Program-made: the position numbers and the translations under genes | Notes under the pieces: model-generated | Database searches by the model: none | Told to the model about the DNA's origin: nothing | The model's input: only the letters and a program-made list of their open reading frames with translations | NCBI GenBank assembly: GCA_902784865.1 | Contig: CACZWL010000006.1 | Location: forward strand, 40,112 to 104,111 | Source: an uncultured Bacteroidota bacterium | GTDB lineage: Bacteria > Bacteroidota > Bacteroidia > Bacteroidales > P3 | Direction of reading: 5' to 3' | DNA length: 64,000 nt | Part shown: positions 1 to 8,254 of the stretch, in pieces | Layout: every line of letters begins with the position of its first letter | Numbering within the stretch: position 1 is the first letter of the stretch

Positions 1-2
1 TC

Positions 3-86
3 TACGTCAACCCCGCCATGGACATCACGCAGGAAATCCTCGACGGACTCAACGCCGAATACGCGCAGGTGAAGAAAAACAAATAA
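3..86 (+). CDS. 3' end of an upstream gene (partial, product not identifiable)
   Basis: Frame 3 is open from the window edge to TAA at 84-86 (YVNPAMDITQEILDGLNAEYAQVKKNK*). A hairpin plus T-run follows directly. Confidence 0.4.
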   Translation, partial: YVNPAMDITQEILDGLNAEYAQVKKNK

Positions 87-94
87 ACCGGAAG

Positions 95-118
95 GGCCGC
101 ACTCGCGGCCTTTTTTTT
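95..118 (+). terminator. Rho-independent terminator
   Basis: ggccgc-actc-gcggcc stem-loop followed by eight T residues, 9 nt after the stop codon. Confidence 0.7.
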
Positions 119-132
119 ATACCCGCTCCACC

Positions 133-209
133 CATCTGGTAGGTATCTGGTAGGTATCTGGTAGGTGAATACTTCGACTCTTTCCCATCATTTCCCATCG
201 ATGGGAAAA
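133..209. repeat. Intergenic repeat, copy 1 (tandem atctggtaggt units + gaatacttcgactctttccc + tttcccATCGATgggaaa palindrome)
   Basis: Near-identical to 20732-20813 and, in reverse complement, to 61831-61909. The ORF track shows the same pseudo-peptide (SHRWE..GKSR.IHLPDTY) at all three sites. Confidence 0.85.
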
Positions 210-220
210 CGAGGCCCGCT

Positions 221-1327
221 TTACCTTACGAACTTGCCGCGCAGGGAGGTGAAGGCCTTGCGGCGGAGCAGGTAGTACTCGGTCAGGATGTGGCCGCGGT
301 AGAGCGCCGAGACGGTGTGGTGGGCCAGCGCCTGGCGCTTGTCGGCGAGGCGCGGCCGCAGGTCGCGGAACTCGCGGTGCGCCTTGCCCACAGCGCGGAA
401 CTCGCCCCAATGGCCTTCGCAGAGGAACTTCAGCGCGGCCACCCAGTCGAGCACCATGCGCACCTGTATGACGCGGCGCACGCGGTTGGAAGGCAGGTTT
501 TTATAAAGCATGGACAGGTTGTTGCGGAAGTTGAGGTATGTCTTGAAGGGCGAGGACTTGGGGAGGGTGCCGCCGCCGACATGGTAGACGGTGGAGCGCG
601 GACAGTAGCGCACAAGGTAGCCCATATTCTTGGCACGCCAGCAGAGGTCGATTTCCTCCATGTGGGCGAAGAAGTCTCCGTCGAGGCCGCCGAGCCTGTC
701 CCAGGCGCGTGCCTTGATGAAAAGCGCCGCTCCCGAAGCCCAGAAGATGTCGGCCTCGTCGTCATACTGGCCGTGGTCGCGCTCGAGGGAGCTGAAGAGG
801 CGGCCGCGGCAGAAGGGATAGCCGAAGGAATCGAGGTAGCCACCGGCAGCGCCGGCATACTCGAAGGTGTCGCGGCGGTCGTACATCAGCAGCTTGGGCT
901 GCGCTATGGCGACACGCTGGTCGCGCTGCATCATGGAGATGACGGGCTGGACCCAATGGGGAGTGCACTCGACGTCGGAGTTGAGGAGGACATAATAGTC
1001 GTAGTCCGCACCGTCGATCTTGAACTCGTCGGACTGCGCCACAATGGCCATGGCACGGTTGTAGCCGTCGGCGAAGCCGTAGTTGCGGTCGAGGAGCACG
1101 AGTGGCAGGTCGGGATAGGTCGTGCGGAGGAAGGCGACGGAGTCGTCCGAGGAGCCGTTGTCGGCCACGATGACGCGCGTGGCGAGGCTCAGCGGCGGCG
1201 TGTGGGGCACCTGGTAGGCCGCCTCGGCAGGATTGGACATGAGGGAATATTTGAGTACCGACGGGAGGAACCGCTCAAGCATGGAGCGGCCGTTCCAGTT
1301 GAGGATGACGATGGCGATATTGGTCAT
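221..1327 (-). CDS. Glycosyltransferase family 2
   Basis: 368 aa. N-terminus MTNIAIVILNWNG..L.RFLPSV plus VADNGSSDDS and a DxD-like region, typical of GT2. ATG overlaps the upstream stop (ATGA at 1324-1327). Confidence 0.85.
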   Translation of the reverse strand: MTNIAIVILNWNGRSMLERFLPSVLKYSLMSNPAEAAYQVPHTPPLSLATRVIVADNGSSDDSVAFLRTTYPDLPLVLLDRNYGFADGYNRAMAIVAQSDEFKIDGADYDYYVLLNSDVECTPHWVQPVISMMQRDQRVAIAQPKLLMYDRRDTFEYAGAAGGYLDSFGYPFCRGRLFSSLERDHGQYDDEADIFWASGAALFIKARAWDRLGGLDGDFFAHMEEIDLCWRAKNMGYLVRYCPRSTVYHVGGGTLPKSSPFKTYLNFRNNLSMLYKNLPSNRVRRVIQVRMVLDWVAALKFLCEGHWGEFRAVGKAHREFRDLRPRLADKRQALAHHTVSALYRGHILTEYYLLRRKAFTSLRGKFVR

Positions 1328-2136
1328 TGTGCGGTTCGTTTATGTTTCCAGCGGCGGTGGCTCCAGAGCCAGAACTCAGGCTGGCGCCTGACCTGCCGCT
1401 CGAGGGTGCGGGCGTATTGTTCGACGATGGTGTATTGCGGCACCTCCTGGGGGTTGAGGCAGAGGGGCTCGAGGGCGACGCGGTAGTGGAAGCGGCGCGT
1501 CTTCTCGACGTGGTAGTAGAAGACGGGATAGTTGTACTTGCGGGCGAAGTTCTCGGCACCGTAGATGAAGGGGGTGTCCTGGTTGAGGAACGTGGTCCAG
1601 TAGCAGTGGTCGGGGTGCGAGGGCGACTGGTCGCAGAGCATCATGAGGGCGCAAGGCACGCGGTGGCTGTGGTAGAAGCCGACGACCTGCCGCACGTCGC
1701 GGTGATCGACGACCTCGGTGCCGTAGCGCGTGCGGCGGCGGGTGAGGAAACCTGCCGTGAGGCGGTCGTTGAGCTGCTTGCCGACGCCGATGCCGTGGTG
1801 GAGGAACTGCATGTTGAGCGAGGTGACCATATACTCCCAGTTGTTGTAGTGCGCCGAGGCGAGGATGACGGTCTGGCCGCGCTCGTAGTAGGGGCGTATA
1901 AGCTCGGGGTTGGCCACGGTGTAGCGGCGGAGGATGGCGCGCGGCGAGGCGAAGAGGTTGTGCATCCCCTCGACGAGGAGGTCGGCCAGGTGGCGGTAGT
2001 AGCGGCGCTCTATGCGGCGGCGTTCCTTCTCGGGGCGCTCGGGGAAAGCGTTGGCAAGGTTGTCGCGGACCACCTTCTTGCGGTAGCCGAGGAGGAGGTA
2101 GGCGACGAGGTAGATTATGTCGGAGAGTAGACGCAC
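1324..2136 (-). CDS. Lysophospholipid / lipid A (LpxL-HtrB family) acyltransferase
   Basis: C-terminal 270 codons of the 435-aa ORF read RLLSDIIYLVAYLLLGYRKKVVRDNLANAFPE... with an AHYNNWE (Hx4E) motif. The upstream part of the ORF is Arg/Pro-rich junk overlapping the next gene. GTG at 2136 is the first plausible start after the neighbour's stop at 2157. Confidence 0.7.
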   Translation of the reverse strand: MRLLSDIIYLVAYLLLGYRKKVVRDNLANAFPERPEKERRRIERRYYRHLADLLVEGMHNLFASPRAILRRYTVANPELIRPYYERGQTVILASAHYNNWEYMVTSLNMQFLHHGIGVGKQLNDRLTAGFLTRRRTRYGTEVVDHRDVRQVVGFYHSHRVPCALMMLCDQSPSHPDHCYWTTFLNQDTPFIYGAENFARKYNYPVFYYHVEKTRRFHYRVALEPLCLNPQEVPQYTIVEQYARTLERQVRRQPEFWLWSHRRWKHKRTAQ

Positions 2137-2156
2137 AGGGAGCGCAGCGAGGGGGG

Positions 2157-3689
2157 TTAGTATCCGCGGTTGAACTGCTCGCCGACAGCGCCCACTACGC
2201 CGTCGCCGAGCTGCTGACGGCAGAGGCGGCGCTCCCAGCCGGGTTCCTGCACCTCGCCGCGGGCGTTGGAGTTGAGGAGTTTGTAGAAGCCCGAGCGGTG
2301 CTCGTCCCAGAAGAGGAAGACACGGTTGGGGTCGTCGGTGGGCAGCTTGTTGTAGCGCCAGAACTGGTAGGGCAGGTAATAGACGTGGCCCTGCGACTCG
2401 TTGAGGAACATATCGTCGCTGGCGACGCCCTGCTGCTGCATGATTTCGCCGCCGGTCTTGGTGTGCGAGGCGTTGAGGTAGCGGGCGGAGACGTAGTTCT
2501 TCTCGTCGCGGACGAAGTCGGGCGGGCCATACTGCAGGTACACGCGGCCGCGGTCGGTGTGGATGCCGGGGGTGCGGGGGTAGCTGAAGTTGGCCTGGAC
2601 GTAGTCGATGCGCTCCTTGTATTTGAGCCACTCGGCCTCGGGGTTGAGGGGGCTGCGCACCTGCCAGAAGCGGTAGAGGAAGGCCTGCTTCTCCTCGATG
2701 CCGGGGCGGGCGATGAGCTGCCGTGCGACGTCCTTCTCGGCCTCGGAGGCTATGGGATAGAGGGCGTCGAGGTAGGTGTTGAGCCGGTCCTCGTCGGTGT
2801 AGCGGCCGACGAAGGTGGAGGCGAAGTCGCTAATCTTCTGACCCTTGACACCGGGGTTGGAGCGGAAGAAGGGGAGCTTCTTGTAGAGCATCAGCTGGTT
2901 GTCGGCATTGCGGAGTTCGACGACGAGGTTGTAGTTGCCCGAAGGGAGCCCCTCGATGTCGAGCGAGCCATAGACGGTGACGGTGGGCTCGCTGTACTTG
3001 CGGCGGGCCAGCTGCTGCCCGTCGTAGCGCGTGCCGGTCTCCTGCTGCTCTATGTAGGCGAGGGCGAGGAAGGGCTTGCGGCCCGTCTCGCGCCCGATGT
3101 TGTAGATCTCGTAGTAGAAGTTGAGCTGCCCCACCTGCTCGGGCACGAAGTCGCTGACGTAAGGCTCGAGGTCGTAGCCGCCGCGCGAGAGGATGTTCTC
3201 GGCCTCGGTGGGCGTGGCCGAGGAGATGAGCTGGACGGAGGAGATGGCCGGGCGCGACTTGTCGTAGTTGACGACCACCTTCTCGGTCAGCACCGAGGCG
3301 TCGCCCTCGGCATTCTTGTCGCGCAGCGTCAGCTCGAGGTCGTAGATGCCGTTGCGGACAGAGAAGCGCTGGAGGTCGATGAAGGAGAAATCAAGTTCGT
3401 CGAGCGAGCCGACGGTGGGGCTGTTCAGGTCGTACTTCTTGAAGAAGCAGACGGAGTCGCCCTGGCGGAGGACGAGGACGACCTCGGCGGTGGCACGGTA
3501 GGTGCCGTCGGGGCGCTGGACAAACTGCATGGTCCAGGCATCGAACGAGAGGTAGGTCTCGACATAAGGCGTCTGCTGGTCGACCAGGAAGAAGGTGCCG
3601 TAGCCGAAGAGGGCTTGCAGGCGCTGCTGGGCCCCTGCGGCGAACGCGAGCAGGAGGGCCAGGGCCATGATGGTGGTACGTTTTCTCAT
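2157..3689 (-). CDS. GWxTD domain-containing secreted protein
   Basis: 510 aa with a signal peptide (MRKRTTIMALALLLAFAAGAQQ). C-terminal GIHTDRGRVYLQYGPPD matches the GWxTD signature region. Confidence 0.7.
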   Translation of the reverse strand: MRKRTTIMALALLLAFAAGAQQRLQALFGYGTFFLVDQQTPYVETYLSFDAWTMQFVQRPDGTYRATAEVVLVLRQGDSVCFFKKYDLNSPTVGSLDELDFSFIDLQRFSVRNGIYDLELTLRDKNAEGDASVLTEKVVVNYDKSRPAISSVQLISSATPTEAENILSRGGYDLEPYVSDFVPEQVGQLNFYYEIYNIGRETGRKPFLALAYIEQQETGTRYDGQQLARRKYSEPTVTVYGSLDIEGLPSGNYNLVVELRNADNQLMLYKKLPFFRSNPGVKGQKISDFASTFVGRYTDEDRLNTYLDALYPIASEAEKDVARQLIARPGIEEKQAFLYRFWQVRSPLNPEAEWLKYKERIDYVQANFSYPRTPGIHTDRGRVYLQYGPPDFVRDEKNYVSARYLNASHTKTGGEIMQQQGVASDDMFLNESQGHVYYLPYQFWRYNKLPTDDPNRVFLFWDEHRSGFYKLLNSNARGEVQEPGWERRLCRQQLGDGVVGAVGEQFNRGY

Positions 3690-3950
3690 AATGCTTTTTG
3701 TATTTTACTATGGTAACGCGCGCCAACGCGAATTATTGTGCGCCCGCAGAAGATTTTTTTGCACCTCGGTTTTGGAGGCGTGAAAAAAATGTTAAAAACG
3801 GCCGTTTTAACAGTTATTAGGAAAGTTGGAGGCCTGTTTCCGAGAGTTTCATTTCCGACCAGAAACGGTCGGCGGAGCGAAAAACAGCCACGCAAACCGC
3901 AGCAACACAGCAACTTACAATCAATCGGCTAATATTCAAACATTTACGCC

Positions 3951-3996
3951 ATCTGGTAGGTGAATGGTAGGTATATGGTAGGTATATGAAAGGTGA
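3951..3996. repeat. Partial copy of the GGTAGGT 11-bp-unit repeat
   Basis: atctggtaggtgaat ggtaggtatat ggtaggtatat gaaaggtga. It lacks the ATCGAT palindrome half. Confidence 0.55.
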
Positions 3997-4104
3997 CTGA
4001 AAAGCCATTTGTTAATAGATGTTAAACGAGGGTGTGTTTAACATTTATTAACAAGTCTTAAGTTCAACTCATGGAGCCCTTGCTGCTGGTCGCTCAAAAG
4101 GCTT

Positions 4105-6216
4105 TCACGGCTGTTTTTCAGCGGATTGGATCGTACCAGCGATGCCTTGCGACTCGCGGTAGTCGGCGACGAGGGCGAGGATTTCGGCGCCGTAGCGCTC
4201 GACGGTCTTGGCGCCGACGCCGAGCTGGCGCTTGAGGGCGGCGGGGTCGGTGGGCAGGTTGGTGGCGATGGCGAGGAGGGCCTTCTGCTGGAGGACGACG
4301 TAGGGAGGCAGGCCCTCGGCCTCGGCGCGCTGCTTGCGCCACTGCTTGAGGAGTACGACGAGCGGGGCGTGCGCGTCGCCGGGGCGCTGCGGCTCGTCCT
4401 TGGGAGCCTTGCTTGCGGCCTTGCGGCGCGGGGTGCCGATGAGGTGGTCGGCCGTGGCACGCTGGACGACGGCGACGGAGTAGCCGCTGCGCTTGACGGC
4501 CTCGATGCAGGCCAGCTTGAGTCCCAGGCGGTCGGCGAGGGCCTGGGCGGCCTCGTCGACAAGGCGTGCGTTCTCCTTGTTGTCGACCTCCACCTCGGTG
4601 ATGGCGCCGAGGGCGGCGACGATGGGTGCGAGGACGGAGGCATAGTAGGCTGCGCCTTTGGCGGCGCGTTCGTCCTGCGAAGGCTCGTCGAGGGCTGCCA
4701 GTTGGCGGCGGAAGCGCTCGGCCACGGAGGCGAGGTCGTAGAGCTGCCCGACGAGGGCGCGGAGTGCGGCCACCTGCTTGGGGAAGAGGTTGCGCAGGCG
4801 CGAGGCGTAGAGGTCCATCAGGCGGTCGGCATCGGCGACGATGGCCTCCATGCCGAAGAGGTCCATCAGGCGCTCCAGGCGGTACTGCCGCTCGTGGCCC
4901 TCGGCCAAGGCCTGGGCCTGGTCGAAGGTGGGACAGGAGGCCACGAAGCGCTCGACGTCGGCGTCGGCGAAGGCCACGGCAGGCGAGAGCGGCGAGGTGA
5001 GGGTGAGACCCTCGAGGGTGCGGCAGCGGCTGAGGGCGACGTAGACCTGGCCGAAGGCGAAGGCGTCGGCGGCGTCGATGGCCACGCGGTCGAAGGTGAG
5101 GCCCTGCGCCTTGTGGATGGTGACGGCCCAGGCCGCGCGGAGGGGGTACTGGCAGAAGGTGCCGTCGACCTCCTGGCGTATCTGGTTGTTGGAGGGGTCG
5201 ATGCTGTAGCGGTAGTTCTCCCAAAGCTCGCGGCCGGCATGGATGGTGTCGCCGTCGTCGTCGACAACCTCGATGGTGTCGTCGCCGAAGCCGGTTACGG
5301 TTGCGAGTTTGCCGTTGAAGTAGCGGTGGGCTCCGGAGGAGTCGTTCTTGAGGAACATGACGCGCTCGCCGACCTTGACATCGAGCACCTTGTCGGCCGG
5401 CATGGCGCTGTCGGCGAACGAGCCCGTCACCTTGGCCTCGAAGGAGCGCTGTTCGCCCTGGAGGGCCTGCATGTGGTGGCGGTTGATGGCGTCGGCCTGG
5501 TGGTTGTGGGTGGTGAGGGTGATGGCGCCTTGGGCAGGCTCCCCCACCCTGCCGTTGAGGCAGCGCAGGGTGTCGGCGTCGATGCGGTTGTCGCGGACGT
5601 GGTTGAGGAGGTCGACGAAGGCGGCATCCTGCTGGCGGTAGACGGTGGTGAGCTCGATGGTGACGTAGGGCGTGCGCTGCAGGGCCTTGCTGTTGAAGAA
5701 GAAGGGCGAGGGGTAGACGCGGCTGAGGTAGGGGCGCTCGGCGTCGGTGACGACGGGCGGCAGCTGGTGGACGTCGCCAATCATGAGCAGCTGCACGCCG
5801 CCGAAGGGGCGCTGCGAGCGGCGGTGGCGGCGCAGGGTCATGTCGATGGCATCGAGGAGGTCGGCACGCACCATCGATATCTCGTCGATGATGAGCAGTT
5901 CGAGGGTGCGTATAATATTGAGTTTCTGGCGGCTGAGCGACTTGCGGCTCTCGGGCAGCTGGTATTCGGTGACCAGTTCCTTGACGTCGGGCAGGTAGGG
6001 GTCGAAGGGCAGCTGGAAGAAGCTGTGTATGGTGACGCCGCCGGCGTTGACGGCGGCGACGCCCGTGGGTGCCACGACGACGTGGCGCTTGGGGCAGTGG
6101 GCGGCGAGGTCGTGGAGGAAGGTGGTCTTGCCCGTACCGGCCTTGCCGGTGAGGAAGAGGCTCACCGAAGTCTGCTCGACGTAGCGCCGTGCCAGCTCAA
6201 TCTGCGGGTTGCTCAT
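4105..6216 (-). CDS. SF1B (PIF1/RecD-like) DNA helicase with C-terminal HRDC-like domain
   Basis: Real start is MSNPQIELARRYV... with Walker A GKAGTGKTT and LIIDEISM (Walker B). The C-terminus is LPPYVVLQQKALLAIA...GVGAKTVERYG. ATG at 6216 overlaps the nadE stop (ATGA). Confidence 0.8.
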   Translation of the reverse strand: MSNPQIELARRYVEQTSVSLFLTGKAGTGKTTFLHDLAAHCPKRHVVVAPTGVAAVNAGGVTIHSFFQLPFDPYLPDVKELVTEYQLPESRKSLSRQKLNIIRTLELLIIDEISMVRADLLDAIDMTLRRHRRSQRPFGGVQLLMIGDVHQLPPVVTDAERPYLSRVYPSPFFFNSKALQRTPYVTIELTTVYRQQDAAFVDLLNHVRDNRIDADTLRCLNGRVGEPAQGAITLTTHNHQADAINRHHMQALQGEQRSFEAKVTGSFADSAMPADKVLDVKVGERVMFLKNDSSGAHRYFNGKLATVTGFGDDTIEVVDDDGDTIHAGRELWENYRYSIDPSNNQIRQEVDGTFCQYPLRAAWAVTIHKAQGLTFDRVAIDAADAFAFGQVYVALSRCRTLEGLTLTSPLSPAVAFADADVERFVASCPTFDQAQALAEGHERQYRLERLMDLFGMEAIVADADRLMDLYASRLRNLFPKQVAALRALVGQLYDLASVAERFRRQLAALDEPSQDERAAKGAAYYASVLAPIVAALGAITEVEVDNKENARLVDEAAQALADRLGLKLACIEAVKRSGYSVAVVQRATADHLIGTPRRKAASKAPKDEPQRPGDAHAPLVVLLKQWRKQRAEAEGLPPYVVLQQKALLAIATNLPTDPAALKRQLGVGAKTVERYGAEILALVADYRESQGIAGTIQSAEKQP

Positions 6217-7769
6217 GAGATGGGCCAGCGGCGGTCGAGGGTGAAGCTGACGGGGCTGACCTTGAGCTGCGGGGCGAACTGCAGGCGCTTCCACTCGTTC
6301 TGGCGCACCTTGCGGAGGGTGGTGGCGACGAGGTCGCGGTCGTAGCCTTCTTCGACAATCTCGTCCTCGCACATGGCCTCGTCGAGGTGGAGGTTGAGAA
6401 TGGCGTCGAGGACGGCATAGTCGGGCAGCGAGTCGCTGTCTTTCTGGCCCGGGCGCAGCTCGGCCGAGGGGGCCTTGGTGATGCTGTTGACGGGTATGCG
6501 CACGCGGTCGCGGTTGATCCACTCGGAGAGTTGGTAGACCTCGGTCTTGTAGAGGTCGCCGATGACGGCCAGGGCGCCGCAGGAGTCGCCGTAGAGGGTG
6601 CCGTAGCCCATGGCGGCCTCGGAGCGGTTGGTGGTGTTGAGCACGAGGGCGGAGAACTTGTTGGCATAGGCCATGAGGAGTGCGCCGCGGACGCGGGCCT
6701 GGAGGTTCTCCTCGGTGACGTCCTCGGCGCGGTCGCCGAAGAGGGGCTTGAGGGCCTGGCGGTACTGGTCGAAGATGGGGGCTATGGGGACGATGTCGTA
6801 GGACATGCCGAGGTTGTGGGCCAGGTCTTCGGCGTCGCGGACGGAGTGGTCGGTGGAGTACTGGCTGGGCATGAGCAGCCCGTGGACATTCTCGGGGCCG
6901 AGGGCGTCGACGGCCAGCGCGGCGACGAGGGCCGAGTCGATGCCGCCGCTGAGGCCGAGGACGGCGCGGCGGAGGCCGTTCTTGCGGAAGTAGTCGCGCA
7001 GACCGGTGACGAGGGCCTTGTAGACCAGCTCGACGGCCTCGGGCTTCTCGTCCTCGACGGTGTCGAGCTGCTGCATGTCGACCGTGACGCAGGCCTCCTC
7101 GAAGTAGGGCTGCTGGCTGAGCACGCCGCCCGCGGCATTCATGGCCAGCGAGCCGCCGGCATAGAGGTAGGGGCCCTCGCCGCCGATGCGGTTGACGTAG
7201 ACGATGCCGGCGTTGAGGATTTCGACTATCTTGCTCATGCGGTAGCGCGTGCGGTAGGGCTTGCGGTAGTCGAAGACATTGCAACCGCAGCAGACCACGA
7301 TGTCGGGCTGCTCGACGTGGCCCTTGGTAAGCTCCTTGAGGTCCTCGTAGAAGCCTATGGCGAGGCGCTGGTCGTGGAACTCGATGACCTGCACACCCTC
7401 GCCGCGGACGAAGCAGCGCTGCTCGTCGGGGGCCAGGTATTTCTTGGTGACGACGGCACGGATGGCGCCGTTCTGCACGAAGACGATGGCGTTGCAGAGG
7501 CCCTTGTCCTGTATCTGCAGCGGCATGCCGACAAGGAAGGCGCGGTGCTCGGAGTGGAGTATAAGCTCCTGCAGGGCGGCCTGGGCTCGCTTCTGGAGGT
7601 CGGTGTAGGCCACGGAGGCAAAGAGCGGGGCGCCGCAAAGCGTGCAGGCGGGAAAGACGGTGAGCATGGCCTCGCGCGACTGCGGCGAGTCAATCTCGGC
7701 GAGCATCCACTGGAGGTTATCCTCGGGGCGGTTGGTCAATATGTCGTGCTGAACTATATGAATCTTCAT
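6213..7769 (-). CDS. nadE: Glutamine-dependent NAD+ synthetase
   Basis: 518 aa. N-terminal CN-hydrolase-like half, then the SGGIDSALVAALAVDALG PP-loop motif. Confidence 0.85.
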   Translation of the reverse strand: MKIHIVQHDILTNRPEDNLQWMLAEIDSPQSREAMLTVFPACTLCGAPLFASVAYTDLQKRAQAALQELILHSEHRAFLVGMPLQIQDKGLCNAIVFVQNGAIRAVVTKKYLAPDEQRCFVRGEGVQVIEFHDQRLAIGFYEDLKELTKGHVEQPDIVVCCGCNVFDYRKPYRTRYRMSKIVEILNAGIVYVNRIGGEGPYLYAGGSLAMNAAGGVLSQQPYFEEACVTVDMQQLDTVEDEKPEAVELVYKALVTGLRDYFRKNGLRRAVLGLSGGIDSALVAALAVDALGPENVHGLLMPSQYSTDHSVRDAEDLAHNLGMSYDIVPIAPIFDQYRQALKPLFGDRAEDVTEENLQARVRGALLMAYANKFSALVLNTTNRSEAAMGYGTLYGDSCGALAVIGDLYKTEVYQLSEWINRDRVRIPVNSITKAPSAELRPGQKDSDSLPDYAVLDAILNLHLDEAMCEDEIVEEGYDRDLVATTLRKVRQNEWKRLQFAPQLKVSPVSFTLDRRWPIS

Positions 7770-7783
7770 ATCTTGACGGGTAT

Positions 7784-8090
7784 TTATACATTATAATAGG
7801 CGTAACGCGCAAACGGCCGCTTTAGTATGCCTGTTGAAAAATAAAAGGTGCAGTACTTGTAGATGCTCCAGTCATAGACTTCCTTGGTCTCAGTCTCGCC
7901 CCAGGCGTAGTAGTCGCCGTAGCCCTCGGGCGTAGTGGCGCCGAGGTTGCATCTAGCCCAAAAGGCCGCTTGGCAGGCCGAGGTCGACCCAATCGGAGGC
8001 CGTGTCGCCATCGTCATCTTTGCCGCATGCAGCGAATGCCAGCGTAACTCACATGGTAATGAAAACCAATAATTTAAACGTCTTTTTCAT
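7784..8090 (-). pseudogene. Degraded lipoprotein gene (WVDLGLPSG...GDYYAWGETE family)
   Basis: Minus strand reads MKKTFKLLVFITM-TGA-VTLAFAACGKDDDGDTASDWVDLGLPSGLLG-TAG. A frameshift then gives WARCNLGATTPEGYGDYYAWGETETKEVYDWSIYKYC, and the reading frame is lost after about 100 codons. Confidence 0.7.
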
Positions 8091-8254
8091 GCTATTGGAA
8101 TTAGAATGCAAAGAAACGATTTTTTTTTGATATGGCAAAAAAATCCGCCTGAATTTTTTTTTCGCACACGTACAATAAATAAAATATATATACGTTAATG
8201 GGGCATTGCAAGTGAAACGAACCGACAGAAGAACAAGAATAAAACATCAAGAAT

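Noticed and set aside
2137-2631. N-terminal extension of the acyltransferase ORF (1324-2631).
   Set aside because: It is low-complexity Arg/Pro sequence that overlaps the GWxTD gene in another frame.
6217-7638. N-terminal 470-codon extension of the 1177-aa ORF (4105-7638).
   Set aside because: It is Arg/Pro-rich out-of-frame read-through of nadE. The helicase homology starts at MSNPQIELARRYV (ATG at 6216), which overlaps the nadE stop.
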